Counted from the first letter of the stretch, positions 40,923-51,627 are shown. The stretch is 64,000 nt of DNA from Candidatus Thorarchaeota archaeon (GCA_963726195.1 CAVSBO010000003.1:640001-704000); one strand, 5' to 3'. Program-made: numbers and translations. Notes: generated by a model from the sequence alone, not told the origin.

Positions 40923-41942
40923 CTATTCAATACCAAGGAGGCGAAGCTCTTGTTTCGCAAGACTGCCATTGACTTCCTTCCGCACGTATTCTAAGAGGAT
41001 CAGAGCAATGGCGTTCTTGGTTACAAGTCTTACGTCTTTCACACCGAGCTCTCGAATCCGTGACGGGATGGGGTTACGAACATAGTAGCCATCTCTGTCA
41101 TCGAGAGTTTGCTTCAGGAAGTTCCGGTCTCCGGAATCCCAAAGCCAAGATGTGCCCCACGAACCATCAGGTCCTCGCAGGACACATACAACCTTAGATA
41201 GCGATTTCAGCTCTTCAGAGGCCGACTCGACGTATGCTTCGTTTTCAAAACCGGAGAAGCGCAGAATCACACGGGGGTTCCTGTAGACACTGAAATCACC
41301 GCTGCGTCCCTTCTCCATCACTATTCTTACGGAAGACACGTTGGGAACACTGTGTTGCAACCTAGCCACCCATAGAGCTTCGCGAATCAAGGGCAGTCGA
41401 AAATCCGGCGACGCTGAGTTTGATGTTGCCCGATATGCACCGTAGAAGGAGACAATGTCGATGCATAATACTATCACCACAGACAACGTCTGAATCCATG
41501 GAGCAATTGCTCGATTCATGAAGAATGAGTAGTATGGGAGTGAGAGTTCGAGAACAATCAAGATAACCGGGACATGGAAGTACCAAAACCTGCTAAGTGG
41601 TACCATGCGGCCGTATCGCTTGACGTAGTCCTTGACCAGACTCCCGCATTCTTCTGTTTTCAGCTGAACGGTCTCGAATCGCCAATCCGGACGTGAGTGG
41701 TTAACCGCTGATTTCTTCGCCTTCCATCCTAGGCAGAATCCGGCGATTGCAGTGTACAGGGGTATGCCCAGAAAGCAGAACAGAACATGCAAGTAGTCAA
41801 AATCGGAGACAGGTGCGAGGATAGGGACAATGATGTAGGTGAGCAACACCACGAAAACAGTTTCGAGAAGGAATAGGGCCCAGATGCCCTTCATCGATCT
41901 GAAAACAATCGGAGAATCTGACATCCAAGAACCGTCCTTCAT
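40923..41942 (-). CDS. hypothetical membrane protein (paralogue 3 of 3)
   Basis: Same architecture as its neighbours. Confidence 0.75.
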   Translation of the reverse strand: MKDGSWMSDSPIVFRSMKGIWALFLLETVFVVLLTYIIVPILAPVSDFDYLHVLFCFLGIPLYTAIAGFCLGWKAKKSAVNHSRPDWRFETVQLKTEECGSLVKDYVKRYGRMVPLSRFWYFHVPVILIVLELSLPYYSFFMNRAIAPWIQTLSVVIVLCIDIVSFYGAYRATSNSASPDFRLPLIREALWVARLQHSVPNVSSVRIVMEKGRSGDFSVYRNPRVILRFSGFENEAYVESASEELKSLSKVVCVLRGPDGSWGTSWLWDSGDRNFLKQTLDDRDGYYVRNPIPSRIRELGVKDVRLVTKNAIALILLEYVRKEVNGSLAKQELRLLGIE

Positions 41943-42121
41943 CTGGACGGCACACCGCCTGTGTCTTTAAGAATTGCTCGCCAAGTATCGATGGCAATCC
42001 GGTTCCTTCACGTTCGGAGACACACCTGTGTGTGAGGCATGCAAGAGCCCTGTGAGACCGACGGTAACGCTTATTAACGGGAAAGTGTTAACAATTGTGA
42101 AGAGACGGAGGTAATAGTGCT

Positions 42122-42604
42122 ATGGTAAAAGTAGGAGACAAAGCGCCTGATTTTGAGACAACCACTGAGAGCGGCGAGAAGTTCAAGCTGAGTCGCTTGA
42201 AAGGAAAGAGAGTTCTTCTCTACTTCTACCCGAAAGATGACACACCGGGTTGCACGGCTGAAGCGTGCTCCATAAGGGATAGCTACGCGTCATTCGTCGG
42301 AAACAATGCTGCCGTTTATGGAGTATCAGGGGGGTCATCGAAATCACATCAGGACTTCAAGAAGAAGTACAGTCTGCAGTTTCCTCTACTAATGGACGAA
42401 GACTTCCGGATAGCGAAACTGTACGGAGTATATGGAATGAAGCAGATGTACGGCAAGGACTACATGGGTATCGAAAGGACCTCATTCCTGATCAATCAGG
42501 AGGGCAAGGTCGAAGCCATTTTTGGTGGACCTGAAGGAATGGACAAGGTAGACACAAAGGAGCATGCCAGCCAAGTCCTCAAGGTCTGGGGCTTGAAACT
42601 ATAG
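42122..42604 (+). CDS. bcp: peroxiredoxin, BCP/PrxQ family
   Basis: YFYPKDDTPGCTAEAC, ERTSFLI. Confidence 0.95.
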   Translation: MVKVGDKAPDFETTTESGEKFKLSRLKGKRVLLYFYPKDDTPGCTAEACSIRDSYASFVGNNAAVYGVSGGSSKSHQDFKKKYSLQFPLLMDEDFRIAKLYGVYGMKQMYGKDYMGIERTSFLINQEGKVEAIFGGPEGMDKVDTKEHASQVLKVWGLKL

Positions 42605-42615
42605 AGGCGAGCCAA

Positions 42616-43099
42616 ATGCTGAAGACGGGTGATCAAGCTCCGGATTTCGAGAACGGTCACAGACTCCGGAGAAAGGTTCAAGCTCAGTGACCTCAAAGGT
42701 AAGAAGATCGTCGTTTACTTTTATCCGGCAGACGATACGCCGGGCTGCACGGCAGAGGCGTGTTCTATCAGGGACAACTATGACACATTTCTCGCTCAAG
42801 GAATTGGTGTCTACGGTATTTCTGGAAAGTCAATCGAATCGCACCAGCGTTTCAAGCAGAAACACAAACTGAACTTTCCTCTTCTCTTGGATGAGGACCA
42901 CAGCATTGCCAAACTCTACGGCGTCTACAAGCCAATTGGAGTTCATGGCAAGGGGATACTTGGAGTCAAACGAGTGAGCTTCCTCATAGACGAGGAGGGC
43001 AAGATAGAAGGTATCTTCGGCGGCTCAGAAGGCCTAGACAAGGTGAAGACAAGTCAGCACGCCGAACAGATAATCAACTTCTGGGGCCTGAAGCTTTGA
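42616..43099 (+). CDS. bcp: peroxiredoxin, BCP/PrxQ family, second copy (frameshift near 42652)
   Basis: MLKTGDQAPDFE from ATG 42616 joins YFYPADDTPGCTAEAC in ORF 42629-43099. Confidence 0.9.
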
Positions 43100-43126
43100 G
43101 CAAGGCCCCCCACCACTCTTCGTTTC

Positions 43127-43862
43127 TCATCTTTTCGCAGGCTGACCCACGCTGCTCATGTAGATAACGGACTCCTTGACGCCATCAATATCAAGAATCG
43201 CGTTCATTTCATTATCATAGAAGGCCCCTATTTGGCAGCTCCCGAGGCCGATAGCTTCGGCAGCAAGAGCCAAGTTCTGTGCGATATGACCGGCGTCCAA
43301 GTAGACATACCTCAGCTGCTCTCTCAAGATACTTCCATGCTGACCTCTGGAAAACCGCGGACCAAATGAAGACGACTGCTGCGCGGGAGGCTGTGTCTTG
43401 ATCGAGAGCACCTACTGCGACTTCTTTCGCAAGATTTCCCGGTTTGAGCTGCTGCAGAGCATGGGCTCTCATGTCGTAGTGATAGAGTCCCTGTTCAAGA
43501 TCTGTGACGCGATTTACGTAAACGTAGGTCTCGACAGGGTACAGTGCGCCTGCGGAAGGGGCTGTGCGCAAACCATATTCCCTCAGGTCGGCTGTGATAC
43601 CTTGTGTTGCCCACAACAGCTGTGACAGTTCTTGCTTTGTCACTGGCGCTTGGCTATAGACTCTGATGCTTCTTCTTCTTCGTAGAGCGTCCCAGAGTCC
43701 AGGACCGTCATCCGTCTTGGGCGGGGGCAGAGCCACAGCCTTCTTGCCGGGGTACTCCTTGAACGGCAAAGGCTTGGAGGCCTGATCAGCGCCTCGTGTT
43801 GGAAGATGTCCTCGCACATACTTTGTCTTTTCTTGGATGTCCTCAACGACCGTCGGAGTCAT
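43127..43862 (-). CDS. SagB/ThcOx-family nitroreductase/dehydrogenase (frameshift near 43320)
   Basis: [27 protein letters not shown]; continues into [30 protein letters not shown]. Confidence 0.9.
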
Positions 43863-44039
43863 ATGATATCATCGCTAATCACATGTCTCAATCTTATCAA
43901 CTAATGGGAAATTCGGAGACCGCACCAGCTCGTCTTCCTCCGTAGAGGCATAGGTTTTAATCGAGGCTGGAGGCCAGCTCCATTCAGATAAGCAGACGAA
44001 GAGAAGTCTGCCGAACACGTAGCTAAGGGGCGCAAAGTA

Positions 44040-45467
44040 ATGCCGGAGAAGAAGACAACCAAGAAAGAGCCCGAGAAAAAGGTCGAGAGGCCATCTGTCC
44101 CGGTGAAGGCTGAAGAACAACTTTCCGCGGATGAGCTGAAGAAGAAAGCTGAGAAGCCTGGCAAAGATGCTATGATATTGCATCCTTTCTACCAAGGCAA
44201 GATCATGAGCATCGGTAAATGCCCAGTACGAGATTTCTCTGATTTCGCCATATGGTACACGCCCGGTGTAGCAAAACCGTGCCTCGCAATAAAGGACAAT
44301 GAGGATTTGGCCTATGAACATACTAACAAAGGCAACATGGTCGCTGTTGTGAGCGATGGAACCAGAGTCTTGGGACTTGGTGACATCGGCCCTTATGGCG
44401 CCGGACCGGTGATGGAAGGCAAGGCACTTCTTTTCAAATACCTTGGCGGCGTTGACGCGTGGCCTCTGTGCATCGACACAAAGGACACACAGAAGATAAT
44501 CGAGTTCGTGAAGTTAATTCAGCCAACCTTCGGAGGAATCAACCTCGAGGATATCTCGAAACCCAAGTGTTACGATGTGCTGGACACACTGAGACGTGAC
44601 CCTACAATCAAGATACCAGTGTGGCATGACGACCAGCAAGGCACCGCCTGTGTTGTTCTAGCTGGTGTCTTGGGCGGCTTGAGGGTTGTCAAGAAGGATA
44701 TCAGGACCGCTAAGGTTGCCATGCTTGGCGTCGGAGCCGCAAACACCCGCACAGCATACCTCCTCATATCCGCCGGAGTCAATCCAAAGAACATGGTAAT
44801 GGTAGACACCAAGGGTGCCATTTATGCAGACCGCGAGGACATTGTGAAGGAGAAGAACTTTGACAGGCTCAAGTACGACTTGGCCCAGAAGACAAACCCG
44901 ACTCACGCGACAGGCGACCTCGGAACGGTCATATCAGGTGCGGACATATTGCTTTCCGCGTCTGAACCTGTACCGGGATCCATCAAGAAGGAATGGATCT
45001 CCAAAATGGCGAAGGACTCGATCGTCTTTGCATGTGCCAACCCGCTTCCTGAAATATGGCCCTGGGATGCGAAGGATGCCGGGGCAAAAATCGTCGGAAC
45101 AGGACGAAGTGACTTCGAGAACCAGATTAACAACTCTCTCGGCTTCCCCGGTATCTTTAGAGGAGCTCTGGATGTCCGAGCAAGAACAATAACCGATGAG
45201 ATGTGTATCGCCGCGGCTAAGGCTCTTGCAGACCTCGGTGCCAAAGGGGCGTCAGAGCATAAGGTCATCCCAACGATGGATCAATGGGAGCTCTACCCGC
45301 TTGAGGCCACCGCCGTCGGAATGAAGGCAGTCGAGCAGAAAATCGCGCGGAAGCAGTGGGAGGAGAAAGCTTTGTACAAGCATGCTGAGGACGTAATTAG
45401 GACAGCTCGGGCGGCCTCGGAAATGCTCTACAAGCAAGGCTTCATTCCCAAGGCACCGCCTACTTGA
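44040..45467 (+). CDS. NAD(P)-dependent malic enzyme
   Basis: YTPGVA, DGTRVLGLGDIG, PVMEGKA, INLEDI, HDDQQGTA, ANPLPEI, QINNSLGFPGIFRG. Confidence 0.95.
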   Translation: MPEKKTTKKEPEKKVERPSVPVKAEEQLSADELKKKAEKPGKDAMILHPFYQGKIMSIGKCPVRDFSDFAIWYTPGVAKPCLAIKDNEDLAYEHTNKGNMVAVVSDGTRVLGLGDIGPYGAGPVMEGKALLFKYLGGVDAWPLCIDTKDTQKIIEFVKLIQPTFGGINLEDISKPKCYDVLDTLRRDPTIKIPVWHDDQQGTACVVLAGVLGGLRVVKKDIRTAKVAMLGVGAANTRTAYLLISAGVNPKNMVMVDTKGAIYADREDIVKEKNFDRLKYDLAQKTNPTHATGDLGTVISGADILLSASEPVPGSIKKEWISKMAKDSIVFACANPLPEIWPWDAKDAGAKIVGTGRSDFENQINNSLGFPGIFRGALDVRARTITDEMCIAAAKALADLGAKGASEHKVIPTMDQWELYPLEATAVGMKAVEQKIARKQWEEKALYKHAEDVIRTARAASEMLYKQGFIPKAPPT

Positions 45468-45546
45468 GTGTATAATGCAGGCTGCGTCGTGAAACTTGCG
45501 CCGCAGCCACACTCTATTCTTTATGCACGTTCTCTAGACAAGCACT

Positions 45547-47535
45547 TCAGTGATGCTGCGTTTCGTTGCGTAGGTGCCGCTCCATGATGGCTGACCCGAC
45601 TGCAAATGGTACAAGCACGAGCAGTACAGCCACAAGCATGGTGTTAATGTGCGGGTTGGGGTCAAGGCCGTCAATAAGCAAATCACTGTCTGAGTCAGGG
45701 TTCGTCGGGTTCAGATGCTCAAGTAACTCCAGCTGGTCTCTTAGGAAATCATTGTCAGTATCCGGACTCATGGGATTCATTCCCAGTTGTATTTCGATCT
45801 TGTCAGGTACGCCATCGTGGTCCCCATCTGGCGACATTGGGTCGGAACCGTAACGATACTCTTGGAGATTCGTGAGAGTGTCATTATCAGGGTCCAGAGC
45901 AGAATCATTGACGAGGGGATTCAAGCCCCATTTCACTTCCCAGCCATCCGGCATTCCATCGCCATCGGTATCAGGATTCCTAGGATCTGTCCCGAGTCTC
46001 ATTTCTTGGATGTTGGTAAGCCCATCATGGTCTGGATCTTCGTGACTGTCGTCGCGCAACCAATCAAGATGATATCGCACTTCGAAGGCGTCGCCCATTC
46101 CGTCGTTATCAGTGTCCGGCCTGAACGGATCGGTACCGTTTCCAATTTCGTCCTTGTCGCTAAGACCGTCGTGGTCCCAATCCAACGGCGGATTGGGCGG
46201 CGGCCAAGAGTATTGTTGGGAATCAGGCACACCATTGCCGTCTGTATCTGATGTGTATTCCAAATACAGAGTTATGTCAGAGGTCTTATTTGCCTGATTA
46301 AGAACAGTGACTGTCAAAGGGCCTAGAGGGCAGATAGAGTCAGAGGTCAGAGAAAAGTTCCCCACTGAAAGCTCAGTCACTGGCAGAAAGACTGCAGTAC
46401 TGTTTGCTATTGTAACTGCCAGGCTACTGTCATCGGACGTAGTGCCTCGTAATACCACCTCTTGAGGAACGGTCATTACTGCTCTCAGATTAACACTAGA
46501 CAGAGGCGCGATGGACTGCTGCAGTTTCTGACGTGAAATCTGGCCATTACCGCGCATAGACAAGTAGACTGCAACTGATGCAGAAGCCTTGGCGAGAAGG
46601 ACAGCCTGAGTTGTGTTGTATCCGAGGTAGCTCAGCCTATCAGGTGGAGGCATTTCAGGATCGTACGTGTGACCACTCTTCACATTCACTGCTGAGAAGT
46701 GGGCGGCCTGAAATGGAAGATGATCCGTCTGTGTGTATGTTCCCTCGGACGCAGACATTATGTTCAGACCAGAGAGTTGCATGAATGAGATCAGGAGGTC
46801 AGCTAGATATTTGGTCGACTGATAGCCAAGCATTGATTGGCTTTGGTGTTCCACGAGCAATCGTCTGGATTCATCCTGATATGGGCTTCGATAGAGAATC
46901 TGGTCGTAATTGTAGAACGCGATGACCTGGGTGCCACGCCCAGCCAAGTATTGCGAAATCTCTTTGGACCCATAGAGTGCCCTGATGAAATGGTATGTAT
47001 CTAAGAACTCCTCATTGCCAGCGAAGAAACAGTAGTAGATGTTGATAGGGAGTCTGAACTGTGACAGAATCTTGGCTATCATCATTACCACGCCGCAGCC
47101 TCCTGCGTTGTCATCTACGCCAATACCTATGTCAGACGTGTCCAAGTGTGCTCCGAATACCAGAGCACGGGAGTCATTCCCATAACCCTGCTCATATCCA
47201 AGAACCGAACTGTGTGCTCCGAACAAGGAAGCATTGAGTCCCCATATTTTGAACTGGTCGATTATCCATTTCGCGGCCTCATCATACCCTGTAGTCCCAT
47301 CAAATCGGTTCCCAAAGTTGGCAATTGTTTGACTGCAGTGGAGGAAGTCAACTGCCACTCCCAACTGCCAAGCAACGTCCCACCAGTCGAGCTTGTTGAA
47401 TGGGTCAAGTGTTGCGTTTGTTTTTAGCTCGGGAACCTGATTGTTGGGTACCTGAAGATGGAGCGATATCTGAACGACAACTACGGAGGCGACTGCCAGA
47501 ACCATGGCCACTGCGATTGCTTTGCGTCGGTCCAT
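45547..47535 (-). CDS. M28 family metallopeptidase with C-terminal DxDxDG (TSP3-like) calcium-binding repeats
   Basis: GAHLD, DDNAGG, NEE, TDH; about 9 DxDxDG.. repeats; hydrophobic anchors at both termini. Confidence 0.85.
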   Translation of the reverse strand: MDRRKAIAVAMVLAVASVVVVQISLHLQVPNNQVPELKTNATLDPFNKLDWWDVAWQLGVAVDFLHCSQTIANFGNRFDGTTGYDEAAKWIIDQFKIWGLNASLFGAHSSVLGYEQGYGNDSRALVFGAHLDTSDIGIGVDDNAGGCGVVMMIAKILSQFRLPINIYYCFFAGNEEFLDTYHFIRALYGSKEISQYLAGRGTQVIAFYNYDQILYRSPYQDESRRLLVEHQSQSMLGYQSTKYLADLLISFMQLSGLNIMSASEGTYTQTDHLPFQAAHFSAVNVKSGHTYDPEMPPPDRLSYLGYNTTQAVLLAKASASVAVYLSMRGNGQISRQKLQQSIAPLSSVNLRAVMTVPQEVVLRGTTSDDSSLAVTIANSTAVFLPVTELSVGNFSLTSDSICPLGPLTVTVLNQANKTSDITLYLEYTSDTDGNGVPDSQQYSWPPPNPPLDWDHDGLSDKDEIGNGTDPFRPDTDNDGMGDAFEVRYHLDWLRDDSHEDPDHDGLTNIQEMRLGTDPRNPDTDGDGMPDGWEVKWGLNPLVNDSALDPDNDTLTNLQEYRYGSDPMSPDGDHDGVPDKIEIQLGMNPMSPDTDNDFLRDQLELLEHLNPTNPDSDSDLLIDGLDPNPHINTMLVAVLLVLVPFAVGSAIMERHLRNETQHH

Positions 47536-47805
47536 CTTGTTTTCAGGCCTTCGCCCAGTGGGTTCACCGACGAGGCCGGCAAACGTGGATAAATACGCGT
47601 CGAATGCAGCGTTCCGGCGGAAGGGAAAATCCTCATTTGAAGCAGCTGTTCAATTCCACTGCTGCATGAATTGCGTGACAAGTTCATCAGAGAATGTGTT
47701 CCCTTTGCCGTGCAAACGCTCGTGCTTTTTCGGAATCACAATACTGTGCACATCCCACATCACAGCCATGAAGTACGGAATACTTTCGCCTATGTCCCGG
47801 GGCGG

Positions 47806-47813
47806 TTTATATA
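47806..47813 (+). promoter_or_regulatory. putative TATA box for the cdc6-like gene
   Basis: TTTATATA about 23 nt upstream of ATG 47836, consistent with a leaderless archaeal transcript. Confidence 0.45.
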
Positions 47814-47835
47814 CCTCCAAAAGAACAATCTCCCG

Positions 47836-48978
47836 ATGAGAATGCAACTGTCACAGCGCAGTCCAAGAGGCCTGTTCGACCCCTATTACGTACCCGATGT
47901 CCTACTCTATCGCGATAGGGAGCTTGAGTCGATCACGGGCGTTTACAAAGACTCCTACGAAAGCGAGTACGGAGTCAATTGCCTTGTCCACGGGATAGGA
48001 GGAGTAGGCATGACAGTTTTCTCGAGATACTTTCTAACGAGAGTCATCCCAGAAAGGTTCGATGCCCACACTTTCTATGTTGACGCCAAGGGCAAGGACG
48101 TGCTTGAGATAGTCGGCGACCTCAACGATGCCATCCACCGGAAAGAGAACAAACCAATAACCGTGGCCTTTGATCTCGATGTCCTCTGGATGCAGTTCAA
48201 ACGAATGGCATCAGATGCGTCCAAAAGAACTGTGTTCGTCATCGATAATATCGATGAGCAGAACGAGGATGTCTACTCCAAGCTCGCGAGGCTTTCGAAG
48301 GAAATCAAAGCGAGCACCATTGGAGTGCTCAACAGCCACGATTATAGAATGCTGACCAAGCTGCCAGCAACTCAGATGGCCTACGACTTCGAAGTCCATC
48401 TAGACACATACAGTCAGTCTCAGCTGTACGACATAATCCGCATGAGAGTTGAAGATACGTTTCCCTTGGGTCTAACCGAGGACATTCTGAGATACATAAC
48501 AGACATAGTCTGTGAATTCGATGCATCAAAGCCCAAGACATCCGTCGAAGCCCTGAAGGTTCTTTGGCCGCTGGCTCAACGAGGACAAGAGATTGACTCG
48601 GATGCAGTGCGTGCCGCGACAGCGAAGATAGTCACATTGGGTCAGGATCAAGACTTCATGGAAACGTTAGACACCATCAGCATGAATGACTACATGACGG
48701 CATTGGTTCTCGAAGTTATGGCTGAGCATCTAATGAGATATCGGACGGAGACGTACATCGACCGTCAGACGCTCAACGAGATTGTCCAAATAAAATGCGA
48801 GGAGCTTGGGGTGAAACACGCGCCCAATGACATAGAGAAGAGCCTTCAAACACTCATATTCGAGAGTATAGTCTTCGAATCTGGATACTCTCACAATCTT
48901 CTGTATGTTTTGGTCCCGCCGGATGTGCTCTACGATTCGGCTCTAAGCATAAGGCGTGAGCTTGCCAGAGGAAAGTGA
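47836..48978 (+). CDS. Cdc6/Orc1-family AAA+ protein with a degenerate Walker A
   Basis: FDPYYVPDVLLYRDRELESI, LVHGIGGVGMT, VFVIDNID, YSQSQLYDIIRMRV; C-terminal winged-helix-like region. Confidence 0.8.
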   Translation: MRMQLSQRSPRGLFDPYYVPDVLLYRDRELESITGVYKDSYESEYGVNCLVHGIGGVGMTVFSRYFLTRVIPERFDAHTFYVDAKGKDVLEIVGDLNDAIHRKENKPITVAFDLDVLWMQFKRMASDASKRTVFVIDNIDEQNEDVYSKLARLSKEIKASTIGVLNSHDYRMLTKLPATQMAYDFEVHLDTYSQSQLYDIIRMRVEDTFPLGLTEDILRYITDIVCEFDASKPKTSVEALKVLWPLAQRGQEIDSDAVRAATAKIVTLGQDQDFMETLDTISMNDYMTALVLEVMAEHLMRYRTETYIDRQTLNEIVQIKCEELGVKHAPNDIEKSLQTLIFESIVFESGYSHNLLYVLVPPDVLYDSALSIRRELARGK

Positions 48979-49114
48979 GAAAGCGGAATCGAAAAAGAAG
49001 TGTTAGCATTTCCACGCTGGGTCAGCCAATCAATCAGACCGTAGTCTGAGCGCCCGTCATCTCCCTAACTCAGTGATTATAAACCGCGAAAGCTCTTGAG
49101 TTTAGCTGGACCAC

Positions 49115-50287
49115 TTGCTCCGCCGGTCTAGGAAAAACACAGTGACGACGACCAAGAGAGCTTCCAAGAAGCACTCTGAGATGACATTCGAGAAATGTGT
49201 CCGCTGTGGGAGTTGCATTAAGATATGTCCCATCTTTGATGCAATGGGAGAAGAGCAGTACTCTCCTCGTGGCAAGCTGTATCTCCTGCAGGTCATGGAC
49301 AAGATAGAAGATGACCCCGAGCTTGCAAAAGAGTTCAGAAGACTCATGTTTCAATGCGCTCTTTGCGGACGGTGCACCGATGTCTGTAGCTCCGACGTTG
49401 ACCTTCTGAGAGTGTGGCACGAGCAGCGGGCAAAGGCGATCAAGGATGCTCCTCAAGAGTTCAAATACCTCGAACCCCTTGAGAAGGCCCTTGAAAATGT
49501 CAAGAACATCTACGGACTAGCGCCCGAGGATAGGGCAGTCTATTGGCTCGATGAACTGGAGCAGGAAATCCCGAACATACGCAAGAGAGTCTATCCTGAG
49601 GAGAGAACGGCCGACGTGGTCGTCTTCTTGGGCTGCCTCATGTCATTTCGAGCCTCACAGGTAGATGTGCTCAGAGCACTCTTCAAATCCCTCGAAATCC
49701 TGAAGGTGGACTACTTGGTCCTCGGTGCAGAAGAGTTCTGCTGTGGGCATCCGCTCTATCTCATCGGCGACGATGCAGGTGCGAAGAAGCTTTGGACACA
49801 CAACAAACGCACCATCAAACAGACTGGCGCAAAACAAGTGATTACGTGTTGCCCGGGCTGCCTCTATGAACTACAGAGCAACTACAACCTCAAGGGAATA
49901 GAGGTGCTCCATCACACTCAGTTCTTTGACAGACAGCTAGAATCGATACGGGCATACAAGCAGACCGAGGATTTCACTTATCATGACCCTTGCGAACTGC
50001 ATAGGATATGCAATGTTAAGACTGAGCCTAGGTCCCTCCTGAAGAAGATGAATGTCCGCTTCCGGGAACTGGACTTGAGCTGCTGTGGTGGCGGCGGTTT
50101 ACTGAGGATGACCGATCCGAACCTCAGCGATAAGATTCAGCAACTTCGGGCAGCGCGCGAGAGACTAAGCACAACAACTGTGATTACGGCATGTCCTGCT
50201 TGCGGAGAACAACTGCTCGGTAACAATCTCAAGACCAAGGATATAGTGGAGCTTCTCGTGACATGCCTTGAGGAGGGGAAAGACTGA
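49115..50287 (+). CDS. Fe-S oxidoreductase with CCG domains (GlcF/HdrD-like)
   Basis: CVRCGSCIKICP, CALCGRCTDVC, CCGHP, YHDPC, CCGGGG, CPAC; the start may be GTG 49142. Confidence 0.9.
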   Translation: MLRRSRKNTVTTTKRASKKHSEMTFEKCVRCGSCIKICPIFDAMGEEQYSPRGKLYLLQVMDKIEDDPELAKEFRRLMFQCALCGRCTDVCSSDVDLLRVWHEQRAKAIKDAPQEFKYLEPLEKALENVKNIYGLAPEDRAVYWLDELEQEIPNIRKRVYPEERTADVVVFLGCLMSFRASQVDVLRALFKSLEILKVDYLVLGAEEFCCGHPLYLIGDDAGAKKLWTHNKRTIKQTGAKQVITCCPGCLYELQSNYNLKGIEVLHHTQFFDRQLESIRAYKQTEDFTYHDPCELHRICNVKTEPRSLLKKMNVRFRELDLSCCGGGGLLRMTDPNLSDKIQQLRAARERLSTTTVITACPACGEQLLGNNLKTKDIVELLVTCLEEGKD

Positions 50288-50288
50288 G

Positions 50289-51627
50289 TTGAATATCCGG
50301 GACATCGTCATCGGTGCAAATGCTTCAATCTACTACCGGATGGACTTCCGCAAGATCAAGGGTGTCTATTACCCACGCACTGAAACGCAGGTCCGAGAGG
50401 CCATTGCTTGGGCCAGAGAGAGGGGCTACGATGTCACACCAAAAGGCGGAGGCTCAGGTCTCAGTGGGGCTTGCACCGGGGGCGAGCGCGACCGTGTCAT
50501 GATAAGCAGCCTCCAGATGAAGGAGGTACTCTCCATTTCGAAAGACCAGGGTTACATCGATGTCCAGCCCGGGGCAACTCCTGACGAAATCAACGCTCTT
50601 CTGGCTCCTTCGAAGATGAAGTTCTACGTCACACCCAGTAGCAGGGACATAGCAACTGTCGGAGGAATGCTGAACACTGACGGGGGCGGAAACGACGCTT
50701 GGGTGAACGGGACGATGCGTGACAATACGCTGAGGGTCAAGATGATTCTCTATGATGGCCGGCTCATCACGGTGGACCAGAAGGGAGTAAAATCAGACGA
50801 TTCACAGTTGGAGGCCGACCTCAACAAAGCGAGAATGACCATCAACGACGTCGCAAGCTCGCATGGTACTCTTGGGTTTGTTACGGAACTACGTCTCGCA
50901 ATAAGACCCACCGTCCAAGAGAAACTGGTTGGTGGACTAGTAGAATACAAGGACAGCGATGATCTGGGCGGTACACTGCGTACGATGATTGAAACAAAGA
51001 GCCCCATTAGGTATGGAGAGGCGATAGTCGCCGCGCATCCTGATGTGCGAGGTGATCTGCGGCCTCCTGAGCTGATTCTCGAGTTCCCTGAGGACTATGC
51101 AGCCGATCTTGAGAACATCACGCAATTCAGGAAACTGACCAGTGAGGAGCTGAGCAAAGCTGAAGGATGTGAGGCTGAAGCTGCCTAAGCGGAATCCGAA
51201 GAAAGGACTACAACTGGCTCTCTTCGAGGATTATGGATTCTATAATAATGGTCTGAACGTAATAAAGGAGGATGTGGCCAGAATTGACGCTTTGCTCAAG
51301 AAGCATGGTTTCGTACCGTTCGCCAAGTATGGTCATGCTCCATCAAAATGGTACTTGGGAAACAACACTCCAGCCTACGGGATTATCTTACACTCAAGGG
51401 AAATCAAACCCGAAGGCATTACGAAGGCCGAGGTGTTCAAGGCCGTCATGGAGCTCGTGGACTTGTGCGAAGAGCTGGGCATCACTCCGAAGCCAGAACA
51501 CAAGTGGCCTTACAACGACAAAACAAAGAACAAGAGGATTCAACAGCTGAGAGAGCTGATTGGGGAGGGCTTCAATACCTTCGTTCTTCAGTCTGATTGC
51601 AATGTCGTCCTAAGTTCCATGGTCTAA
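50289..51627 (+). CDS. FAD-binding oxidoreductase, GlcD/D-lactate dehydrogenase-like (frameshift near 51163)
   Basis: PKGGGSGLSG, VQPG, PSSRDIATVGGM, SHGTLGFVTE; continues in ORF 51169-51627. Confidence 0.82.

Noticed and set aside
43127-43862. SagB/ThcOx gene as part of the RiPP-like locus
   Set aside because: It is 14 kb away with no YcaO or precursor nearby; stand-alone SagB-like nitroreductases are common in archaea.
47536-47835. Replication origin upstream of the cdc6-like gene (GTTCCGGCGGAAGGG at 47611 is ORB-like)
   Set aside because: Single weak match with no repeated ORBs or AT-rich unwinding element, and the Cdc6 appears inactive.
47535-47847. Selenocysteine or stop read-through: a 65-aa ORF ending in TGA in frame with the M28 gene
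   Set aside because: No redox motif or SECIS was recognised, and the M28 gene has its own ATG and signal sequence. No redox gene in the window showed an in-frame TGA at a Cys position.
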